From assembly GCA_964035545.1 (NCBI GenBank), contig OZ037770.1:9988973-10052972 (forward strand): a stretch of DNA of 64,000 nt, in the 5' to 3' direction. The notes under the pieces are model-generated. The model saw only the letters and a program-made list of their open reading frames with translations, was not told where the DNA came from and did not search any database. Shown piece after piece: positions 53,301 through 64,000 of this stretch. The stretch comes from Bugula neritina (taxonomy: Eukaryota > Animalia > Bryozoa). The position numbers and the translations under genes are program-made. The first letter of the stretch is position 1. Every line of letters starts with the position of its first letter.

Positions 53301-56300
53301 AAACTGGTCCTGTCAATGCATTGGTTGAATTTACGATCAGAAGTAGTCATGGTGCAAAAAAAAACGACCATAAAAACAAATCAATAAACATGACCCTTAG
53401 ACACGTGCTTGCCACGAGTTTGAAATGGAAATTGAAGTATTGGGGTATATACAAAACTAGCAAATCATAATGAAATTCTGCTAAAAGCGGACAAGGTATG
53501 ATGACTGGGGGGACAACTTATAAGATTAACCACAAACTAACCTTTTGCTTGACTAATAAATCCTCTTCCTAAAAGACGGGAATTAATTAATACAATCTCT
53601 AGAAACCAACTATGTGATTGGTTAAAAGATTTTAAAAATGTTGGAGACTTATTTGATAATTCATCAAATGCTATAAAAATAAGTCATTGTTACAGCCTTT
53701 GCCCGCCACCCGCGCAGGCCCACGGCGGTGAAAGGTGACCATTGTAGCAGCATTTGATGAATTCTTAATTAAAATTCTATAAATAGCATTTGCTCCAACA
53801 TATTTTCATAAATTTCTAACCAATCACATGGTTACATGATTCAACAATGTAGTAACAAAGTGACCAGACGCTTCCTTGTAAATAAAGCCAATCCGATACA
53901 CATGTATATATCTGACATATAGCATTTACAATTATTGAACTATTTTCAGTCATAGCGACTATGTGCGTTTGTGCAACTGTTTTAATAAAAACCCATTTTT
54001 GCATAAACATAAGGTTTACAACAGCTTCTAAAGACCTACCCACCAAAGGAAATATTTTAAAACTCACTTTAAACTATTTATTTAAAGGCCATTATGGAAA
54101 AAAATTACGAAGTTCTACTGCTCAAAGTATTGACACAGTTCACAAAGTTCTACTACTGCTGAGATAATGTGAATGTTGTAATTAGCTAAGCTACTATATC
54201 AGGTATGTAGAGATGAAAAAGTACACAAGGAGGCAAGTAGAGACAGAAAGACAAACAGACAGACAAACAGACAGACACACAGACAGAAAGATAGACTGAC
54301 CTCTCTAAACTTTCTTTCTCGCTCTGCCACTTCTTTGGCTCGCTGCACCTCCTTTTCCTTTGCTTCTCTTTCTTCTCTCTGTTTCTCTAGATAATCTCTT
54401 TCATACCTATCTCTATCTTCCTTAGCCTGTGAAATAAAGTATATATGATAAAATTATAAATAAATATGCTAGTGAGAAATTTATACATGGAAGTAAAGAT
54501 GAGCTCACAATGAGAGAAGAGGCTGAAATGGTGTGACTCATAAGAAAGTCACAAAATGATTCAATCCATACAGTTTTACTACTCATGGCTATGACTCATA
54601 ACATCTCTTCAGTCACACAGCTCTACTACTCATACTAGCTGGCAACTCAGTCACACAGCTCTACTACTCATACTAGCTGGCAACTCAGTCACACAGCTCT
54701 ACTACTCATACTAACTGGCAACTCAATCACACAGTTTTACTACTCATACTAGTGACTCAGTTTGAATAGTTCTACTACTCAGCATCAAATCATAAACTAT
54801 TTACAAATTCAATCTCACCCTGCGATCTCGTTCTTCTTTCTCGCGCCTTTCTCGTGCCTCTTTCTCCCTTTGCTGTCTTTCTTCTTGCTCTTTTCTCCGT
54901 CTTTCTTCTTCTTGTTCTCTTTCTCTCGCCTCATCTTCCTCTCTTTGCCGACGCCTTTGTTCATCTGCTAACCTGTAAACCCCAGTGAACGTTATCATAT
55001 GTCCCAGTATCACAGCAATGGCAATAGGTTGGTACTAACATTTGACCTCTGATTGACTTAAACATCTGTTGACTTATCAAATTTTAAAGTTTAAAATTTC
55101 AAACAGAAAAGCTGAATAGGATACTTTGGTATTGTTATGTGGAAACAGCCAACTATTGTTTAAAATGAAAAAAAATCTTTGGATATTTACAAAAAAATGT
55201 CAACAACTGAGATAAGTTTTACTTTAAAAAGTGTTCAATGGCTGACTATAAACACATCTAGACACACAGCATTGCAACTGCAAGAAGAGGTGAATAAACC
55301 CATACTGTAAAAAACTGAGATTGAATTTACTGAGAAAAAGTGCAAGTAGTGGTAAAATTCCCTTTTGAAATAAAGAAACAAGTGTGAAAAGCTAAGGTGG
55401 ATGCCTGATATATGAAGGAAAATCATTAGGTGAAAAAAACATTGCTTGTGACAAAACTGAAGTAAAGCCCTATCTTTACACTAATGATAATGATTATATA
55501 ATACAGTGAGTCAAATTAAAATCACAAGAAATCCCATACAAAATATTTAGGTACCCACGGCTGAAAAGAAGAAACACACAACATGATTTTTATAAGAGAA
55601 GGCATCAAAAAGTTGGAATCAAAGTTGATGTATACAAAGTAATAGCTAAAAGTAAATAGATTGTTTATGTATATGTGTTATATATTGAAACACAAACTTA
55701 AACTACAGGAAAAGATTACATAAAAAATCTCATCAAATATAAAAATGGAATGATTCTATTGGAAGCCTGTGTTGAAATTTTTAGTGAAAGCTGCTTCTAG
55801 TGACATTTGGGAACTAAAGAAATAATTTTAACTAAATGTATTAAATCATATTTCAGCAAAACCTAGCACACCTTTAATATGGAAGTAGAGATTGACAAGT
55901 GTGTGTGGAAATGAATAGATCTCTGTGAAATATCTTTAAACGTAAATGAACTTGGTAGTTTTCAAAACAGAAGCAATTTTGCACAAAGGGGAACGTCTTA
56001 ATTTTAAAAAATTAGTTTTATTCTCTAACAGCTTTTCAGACGGACTGATTATGACATTGTGTTGAACAAAAATAAACTGAAATAAAATTATGAGTAACCT
56101 TGACCAACTATTCTTATAGACTAGAACTACAATATGAGTCACTATTGGTTACTGACAGTCACTATAACTCACTGTAATACTACTACAGCTACAATGCATG
56201 ATCACCATCACAATTACTGACAGTCACTATAACTCACTGACGTGACTATAGTTACAATATATGAGTCACTATTAGTTACTACAACTCACTATAAGTCACT

Positions 56301-59300
56301 GTAAACTGTACAGTGATGTAACTACAGGTATAATGTACACACATCACCAGCAAATAAAGAAGATAAAAGCAAGAATGGTGCCCAGAAGTTACCCCTGTGA
56401 AGCTTACCCGTTGTCTATCTCAGGTATTTCAGTCGTGAAGAATGACTTAGTCACTTCAGACTTAACAAAGGTGTCGTCCCGACTATATGCATGACAAATA
56501 TTAAACTTAGGCTACAATCTGCTAAGACAAACTAAATAGGCAGAAAGTGTGGAAAGCAAAACTTAATAAAAGCTGACAAAACTTTAATTTCGCTGATAAG
56601 AACTCCTAATTTAGAAATAGACATGTTACGTTTTCAAAACGTAACTAGAAATATTTTATATAACAAAAAAGTTAGTATGTTCGACCAGAAAACATCACAT
56701 AAATAAGAAAATTAAATTTAAATATAATACGTATACTGTTACAAGCTGATTTCACGAGCTATATTAGAGTTATCCTCTCTTAGCCAAGTATGAAATCAAG
56801 AGCAGATAAGTCTGAAATGCAATCAAGTAATGAACTTGAGCCATTCAAGGTAAGGTGTACCTTTTGTTAAAACTTCCTTCCAGAGAATCTTTAGTTACTG
56901 TAGCTTTTGGACCAGAAATCTGCTTCTGTTTATTTACAATGGCTTCCCACGAGTTTTCTTTCTCAAACTTAGGAGTGTCGGGTGGCTTAGGCTACAACAA
57001 AGTGAATGATCTGACTACTAGATATTAGACATTCAGAATATTTTATTTGAAAAGTCAAACTTTTGCTCATGCTTTGCAGCAAAACGAAAGCTGTAAATTT
57101 TCTAGACTGATAACAATAATTTTTAGTAAAGAAAAGTAAAAAATTTAAAAAAATAAAATTTTAACTTGATTGATGCCTGTGGTGAGTTAGGAGAGTACAG
57201 TTGATTCAAGTTAGTATCCCCTGTTTCTGGTGAGACTTGCAGCAACGCTATCACAAATTGTGATTGGGCAAACAAAAATATATACTTGCTTTATTTTTGA
57301 TCTGAGTGCACTAAACATTTGCCAATGGTCAACATTCATGGAGCATGCTCAGACCTTAGCAATAAGAAAAGTAACGGCCCGTGAAAAATAGGGCTGTATC
57401 TAAAAATACAAACCAAAACTGTCTGCTCAGCCATGATTTAAATCAAATTTTAAAAGCAGAAAATTAAGTGCCGAACGACTTTGCGAATTTTCCAGTTGCA
57501 AATTTTTCAACTTACAGTAATTGATTTGATTGGCTGGCTCTTATATTGTTCCGGTGATTGTGATTGGTTGTTTGCAGGTTCTACAGATTTTCTTGGAGTT
57601 TTATCTTTGATGGTGTCTAATGTAGGCTGTCTCTTTTGTCTCTACAAGAAATATGCACCTCCAATTAATTCGACAACAGAAAAAAGAAAAACTATAATTT
57701 AGAAATGTTGCAACTATATTATTTTAATTATTACCATGCAACTGCAATTAAAATTAAATTAATATTTGTTACAGTTGAGTCAAAAAAATGGCAAGCAGTT
57801 ACAAAAAGCTGGTGCAGAGAAAATGAAATTGCTAACAATTGCCTCTTCAGTGGTGAGTACTATGAGTATTCAGGGCACATAATTGAAGATATCAATGAAT
57901 ATATTAAATTACCTGTCCATGACTGAGGGAAGAACTAGAAGTTGTATGAACAGATTTGATTGGATTATCAGCCTGTTTGTTTGATCTGATTGGTGGAACA
58001 AGAGCAGAAGAATTGGGAGACTCAAAGGATTGCACAGCTAGCTACAAACACAGCGTTACCACACTTGCACAATACAAAGAAGCCAACAGAGTTTACTAGC
58101 ACAACCCACAACAATTAGTCTAAAGCCATTAGCCCTTTACATTATTTCTCTGTAAGTAAATGTATTGGCGACAAAACACATAGCACTAATTTAGCATAGT
58201 AAGAGGAAAAGAGCAAATTACGAGCATTTTATGAAATAAATAGGACCACTCTAGATTAAATGAAGAATTTAGAAAGTTTCACCTTCTAGCTAATTTGTAA
58301 GGCAGGTTAAAAGTGTTTCACAACATGAAAGTATAAAGCAAAGTTTGTATTTTTCTCAGAAGCTTACTTCTTTAGCTTTGGCTTTTTGCTCTTCTCTTCT
58401 CTTTTGCTCAAACTGCTTAATTCTCTGTCTGGGAGATATATCTGGAGACTTTGCAGGAGGTTGATATCGAGCTGGAGGTTCTAAGGCTGGTAAACTGGAT
58501 ACAGAACCTTTACGTTGAGCTAGAGCTATCCGGTTCTGATATATATTCCTCACCTCCAGCTCTTTCTCCCGATCCTAAAGAAGATTCAATGATTGATTTA
58601 TTACATATCACAGACATGAAAATATGTTGCGAAATTCAGTGTAAATACTGGCCTTAATAAGTAGGCATGAACAAATGAGAAAAAAAAGTTAGAACTCTGT
58701 AGGATTATTTAGAATAAAGTATCATTTAAAGTATTTACAAAGTGGCATAAAAGCTATCTCTACCCCAAGCTCCTCTATATTTTATGGTTCGATATCTTCG
58801 GTCATAACTTGACAACCTCTAAATAGTTTGAAATAAAAATTTAGAGTGAGCAAGGATAGACAACCCTATATATTCAAATCATATTGACAAACCCTTAGAT
58901 GTATTTTAGTGTACTCCAGTTCAGCCTGCAAAGTTTCTAATTCTAATTTAGTTGCTGCATGCTTCTTCATCTGAGAGAGAGTTTCTCGTCTGTGAGACTT
59001 CTCTAAGTTTTCTATGTGTCGTTCCAATTGCTACAAACAAATGAGATAACTCCTGATTACTCAGACTACAGTTTACTGATTACTAAGACTACAGTTTACT
59101 CAGTTTACTGATTACTAAGACTAGTATTCAAATTGCAACAAACATAGGAAATTACTCCTTGTTACTCGAACCAAAGCTTGAAAAAACCTTAAACTTTTGC
59201 ACATTTTATGTGTCAGCCTTTGTTCACAATGTTTTTGAATGTACCTAGTAAAGGAAGACAACTTTGAAACCTAAGTGTCCAGAAAAAGACAATGTAAAGG

Positions 59301-62300
59301 GTGAAAAACTGTTAAACTGACTGACTGAGTAAATGAGTGAATCTGTAATTAAACATGCATATTATCCAAAGTGGCGATACCAAAGTTTAGAGGCCTGTCA
59401 CTTGGAATTTATTGAATCATTAGAAAGCTGGCATCATGTTTCCTATGATATAATAACTTATTCTACAGAACATTAACTTTTTAGCACAACAAACATAACA
59501 TGACTAGTAAACTAAAATCACTTGGACAATAACTTTTACAACATGAATTCCATGGTATATCGCACCTGAACTCTGGCAGTGCGATCGGCCAGTTCGCTCT
59601 CTGATTTACCCAGCCGTTTGCTCAGCTCTTCTCTCTCTTCCAACTTTTTGTCGTCTGCAATGCCCTGCAACTTTTTGACCTTCCTTTGACTTCTAGCGAG
59701 CTCATCTTCTGCACTTTTCAACGATTTGTTGGCTCTATCTGTTTTGTCTCTCAATTTCCTATATTTAAGTATTGTTTAATTAACCAACTGCAGCATAGCA
59801 TCGACTAAAGCATTAGAAAACGGAGCAGTCGTGATCTAGGGGTTAGAGCGCTGGATTAGTAAACACGAGGTTGTGGGTTTGACCCCCGGTAAAGGTCATT
59901 GATGATGTTAGGAAGGGCATTCAGTCATAATTGCTTTTGTGCCCCATATAAATAAGTCCTTAGCCTACTCTAAAAAAATTCTTTCCGTTAGCGGTTCTCA
60001 CAGAGATAGTGACTATAAACTTGCGTGAGTTTTTTATAGATTAAATAGGAAAACCCATTAAAGTATTAAGTTCAGATTTGAAATGATAGTTTCATTTAAA
60101 TATTTTTTTCACATTAAATACATTTCACCAAAAGTCAATAATTAGATACGAGATTACATGACATAGAATTAGATTTGAGATTATATGACACAGAATTAGA
60201 TATGACATTATATGACACAGAATTAGATATGACATTATATGACACAGAATTAGATATGATATTATATGACACAGAATTAGATACGAGGTTATATGACACA
60301 GAATTAGATACAAGATTGTATGACACAAAATGCCATGAGTTTAACTGACCTGATTTGTTCCTTGAGGTTTCTAACTTCTTTGTTGTGAGACTCCATCATC
60401 TGCGGGAGTTCTCCCTCCTGATCTTGCAGACGATCTAATTGCTTGTTTTGCAGCAGATTGTCTCGCTTCAGCGCCTTGTTCTCTAGTCTAATATCATTCA
60501 ACTCTTTCATCAAAGTGTCTATTTCATTCTAAAACACAGCAAATGAAACAACTAAAAACACAAATGACAGCAGGTTGTAGACTTCAAACTTATAATAAAA
60601 TTTATAAATAATTATTATATTAATAAAGAAACAAACAAATAAGTAAAATTCGACAATCCTAGAATATAAATAGTGTTCTTTTAAAAGTTGTCTGTTTAAA
60701 CCAAAAGTAGCTGATGATAATGAGAAAAGTGTTGAAAAAATTCAAATGAATTTCAATCAGTAAACCCACTCGTAGTTCATTAATTTTCAATCTTCTAGCA
60801 GAAAGCATTCGTCTGGTGACCACATCATGAGCACCAGGAGGGCGAGGGGTGGTGGTAGCCGCGCCTCCTTTTTTCAAAGGCTTTTTCTTACCAAGGGCCT
60901 TAACTACAATAATTAAAATACATTTCAAACATCTTCAGAACGCATAACCTATAATATCATAGAGTTGAGTATATAGATTGAACAGTTTATAACTGCTTCA
61001 TATAAACTGCAGATAACACCATCCCATGGGAGTTTTGTTGCCAAGTATAAATAGCTGAGTAGGATGTTTGCGATGAAGAATTACCAACACATGTTATGCA
61101 TTAAGAGGTTAACAACACTATCAATTTTGCTTATTGACATAGCATAACTGTTATAAGCTGTTGGAAACATTAATATTGCATACAAAAGCATAAGCTTTAA
61201 GATAAGTTTAACTACAGTTGGCTAGCAAAATGAGAAGCCTAGTTCAACTACTGCGGGTCTAGAGAATCACCCGCATCCCATTTTGTATTTAACAAGTGCA
61301 TGATGCTTATTAAAAATTCATCAAATCTTTAATATTTCATAGAAATAAGATCTTAGACTATAAGGAGAATTGATCAAGTTTTACTTAGCTTAATTGAAAA
61401 GGCAAAACTATTCAACCATTTTACTACTTTAAACAAAATCAGTCTACTAACTGTCTTGTTTCTAATTTCTATAACTAATGAAGTCATTAAAGACTGTGAA
61501 AAATATTTCACAGAATCATATAAAATTAAATTTAAATTAAACCGATACAGGCATCATAAACAGAAGATAGAACTTTTAGCGAGGTTTAAAAGAGATGTAA
61601 TTTGTTGAACGGAAAGGTGTTCACTGAAAAAATTTTCAAATTTTTTTAATGTTGATTTAGCTAGCAATTAAACAATTAACATCCAATGCAGCTTTCATAA
61701 GCTAACAACATTAAAAAATGAATAACTGAGTATTGAAAATAAAAAGTGGGTTAAAACCATTTCACCCAGCTAATTGCAAGGCAAATGTTAGAGCCACAAC
61801 AAGAGTAACATAACTCCAACTTACATTTTGGGATAGTAACTTTAGATTTGACAACTGAAAGTATAGCAATTGGACTATTTAAATCTAGGAAAACATGATG
61901 AAAGTACATATAAGAGTTTTAAGGAACAAGTATTTACTGAGAGTTGAACTTAAAGCATTTGATCATTAAAGCAGGAGCACAGCTCTAATACTAGGTATGT
62001 TTCAGTTAGCCAACCCAGCAGCCCTTGAGAAAAAATATCATTTAATTTAAAACTTGGATTAAAATGTTTTAAAAAATTTAAAAAAGGTTGATAAACCTAG
62101 CTATAGTGCATAAATTTTATAAAAAAAAAATTAAATTAAGTTTTAAAATTCTAGAATTCTATTCTGTTTATTGAAGATGTCAATATGTTGTGCGGCTAAT
62201 CTAATTATCTACAAATTTGAGTGTTAACCTGCATCAAAATTGAAAAATGACAAAAAAATGGATATTACAAGCAACAAATAGAAGGAACATACCACCTTGC

Positions 62301-62800
62301 TGTTTAGGTTTAGCATAAGGACCCTTGGGAGGACTACGGCTCCTACTTCTACGCCTCCTACCACGACTGTCATCGCTGTGAAATGAGTCGCTATAGTAAG
62401 TGTCCGAGTACCGAGAATCACGGGATCGTGACCTTGTACGACCTTGAATGGCAAGAATGACTCATTATGAAACTAGTAATTGACAGGAAATGTTCAACAA
62501 TATATATGGTATGAATCCTACTACAAGCTGATATCGCCTAGGGTTAGGCTAATATTATGGATACATAACATTTATAATAAAAACTATTCACAAGGAAACT
62601 TACCTAATCATAGCTTTTACAGGGTAGATTTAAATCATGCAACTAAAGCAGTGTAGGTAAAAACAAGTAAACGATACACTTGATAATCTATATTAGAACT
62701 ATCTATTAGATAAAAAATTACCTCGAGATCTTGGTGTATATGGTGATCGAGTTCGTGACCTGGTTCTGCTGCTATAATATGAGGGACTCCTGGCAGGCAT
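50352..62800 (-). CDS. LCA5: Lebercilin (LCA5)-like ciliary coiled-coil protein, ~882 aa
   Basis: 17 phase-consistent exons: 62722-62800 (ATG), 62293-62442, 60770-60903, 60350-60528, 59566-59758, 58893-59030, 58368-58574, 57913-58041, 57516-57641, 56861-56991, 56408-56482, 54819-54972, 54301-54426, 53542-53568, 52076-52202, 51629-51770, 50352-50883. Lebercilin motifs: VTRRMLSARRLKINELRN, ENKALK..ELPQMMESHNKEVRNLK, LEEREELS, EKELEVRNIY, KKDLMLQKMKEID, ENLYRGLP. Confidence 0.88.
51827..51977. mobile_element. ~150-bp imperfect palindrome (MITE-like hairpin) in an LCA5 intron
   Basis: TTCTATAAGCAGCT..GTTGGGGGTGA..TTTGAAGTTGGGGG pairs with CCCCCAACTCCAAA..TCACCCCAGC..AGCTGCTTATAGAA. Confidence 0.65.
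54570..54785. repeat. 38-bp minisatellite, ~4-5 copies
   Basis: CAGTCACACAGCTCTACTACTCATACTAGCTGGCAACT. Confidence 0.88.
59821..60036 (+). mobile_element. tRNA-derived SINE, family A copy 3 (antisense in an LCA5 intron)
   Basis: Same head (GGAGCAGTCGTG..GGTTAGAGCG..TAGTAAAC), body and tail (GTGACTATAAACTTGCGTGAGTTTTT). A minus-strand tail fragment also occurs near 47090-47135. Confidence 0.8.
60140..60328. repeat. 27-bp minisatellite, ~7 copies
   Basis: TTATATGACACAGAATTAGATATGACA. Confidence 0.9.
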
Positions 62801-63764
62801 TTTATACTACTACTAAAACCAAACATTATTATTTATATGTATGCATACATCATTCAGGCTACATGATTCACAACAAAAAATATTTACTATTTTCAAAATA
62901 AAATTTAATCACGCATTAAATAATTGTTATGCTAGAAGATTTTCAGCCAAATAATTTGCTCTATGCATAACTTTCAAAAATGTGTTCACTAAGTTACATA
63001 ATAGTCCTAGGTCAACTGTTTTAGACATTTTATCCTAATTAGAAATCGAGATTATAAATAAGGTTGACAAGAAAACTAAGATAAAGTCCTGATATACAAT
63101 ATTATGAGCATAACTAAACCGACACTCGATTCACAGGAAAGTGACTTTAAAAATAAACAATGAGTATAACACCACAAGTTTCATTCCCAAATTGCTGGAA
63201 ATACAATACTCTTAACTTTTACTTCAATTACAACTAAAATATGAGTATGAGTATGAGTATCATATTTATTTTCATACCAATAGTTATAGTGATACTCATA
63301 CTGATATTGATAATAATAATGGTAATGATCCGTGATTGCCAAATTGAAGCTCAAGTGAAACTGAATATTTATATTGTAATTGAATTTGATGAACTGCATT
63401 TGTTCAAGTTGAATTTTATTTTGTAACATAATTATTAATAACCTTAACAGTTAATTTATTAGTTAAATCTATTATCATTATAATTCAATTTTAAATTTAT
63501 GCCTATGATAATGATTATCATTGTCAGTTAAAGTTGATGATTTAATCATTTATCAGATTGAGATTCAACTCTTAGAAAAATAACCTAGACTAAGACTTGG
63601 TGTATAGAAGGGTCTTTCAGTTACAAATACCAAAAAAAAATTTGAACGACACGATATTTTACTCCAAAACGAGTATATTTAAGAATAGCAATACAATGTC
63701 GGGAGATTTTTAAGTAATAAACCAACTAACAACGTGGTTTTCGCTGGAATGCACTCTCCCAGGA

Positions 63765-63788
63765 GTTCTCTTAGCAACGCGCCATTTG
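63765..63788 (-). promoter_or_regulatory. Putative RFX X-box plus YY1-like motif at the LCA5 5' end
   Basis: GTTCTCTTAGCAAC adjacent to CGCCATTTG in a CpG-richer patch ~1 kb upstream of the LCA5 ATG; ciliary genes are commonly RFX targets. Confidence 0.5.
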
Positions 63789-64000
63789 CAAATAAGCATC
63801 ATCATGTGATGTCATCGCAAGTGTCACAAATACAAAAATTGGTGACGTCTACGGAAATGTGTCTCTGTGACCTACAATCAATGTAATACTTAGTACGCGC
63901 TTGCTAACATAACGTGAAAGTAGGAAGTCACTAGTCATTCTTTTCTCTATTAGTTAGGATTTATGTTGTATGCTCATTTGGCTCATCTTCACACTTTATA

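Noticed and set aside
62224-62826. ORF-track translations at 62224-62454 and 62635-62826
   Set aside because: Wrong frames; splice phases support the RS-rich frame.

Overview
AT-rich, intron-dense animal (invertebrate-like) genomic DNA; the species cannot be determined from the sequence. Manual GT-AG exon reconstruction gives five protein-coding genes. (1) The 3' part of a divergent VPS13A/C-like gene (+, 8-15748). (2) A ~638-aa minus-strand protein I cannot name, with a ubiquitin-like domain, about 4 transmembrane segments and ARM repeats (17015-25186). (3) A head-to-head ~477-aa orphan gene (+, 27029-33644). (4) A four-and-a-half-LIM (FHL) gene (+, 43067-49046). (5) A lebercilin/LCA5-like gene (-, 50352-62800). 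Introns hold a 1.74-kb palindromic (fold-back) Tc1 derivative, a 3'-truncated RTE LINE with a clean 11-bp TSD, tRNA-derived SINEs, MITEs and many mini/microsatellites. The most striking non-annotated patterns are minisatellites that abut exon boundaries and in several cases amplify the splice site itself (up to 14 tandem 3' splice-site modules), the Ubl-TM-ARM architecture under a bidirectional X-box-like promoter, and the fold-back transposon. All coordinates were derived by eye and may be off by a few bases.
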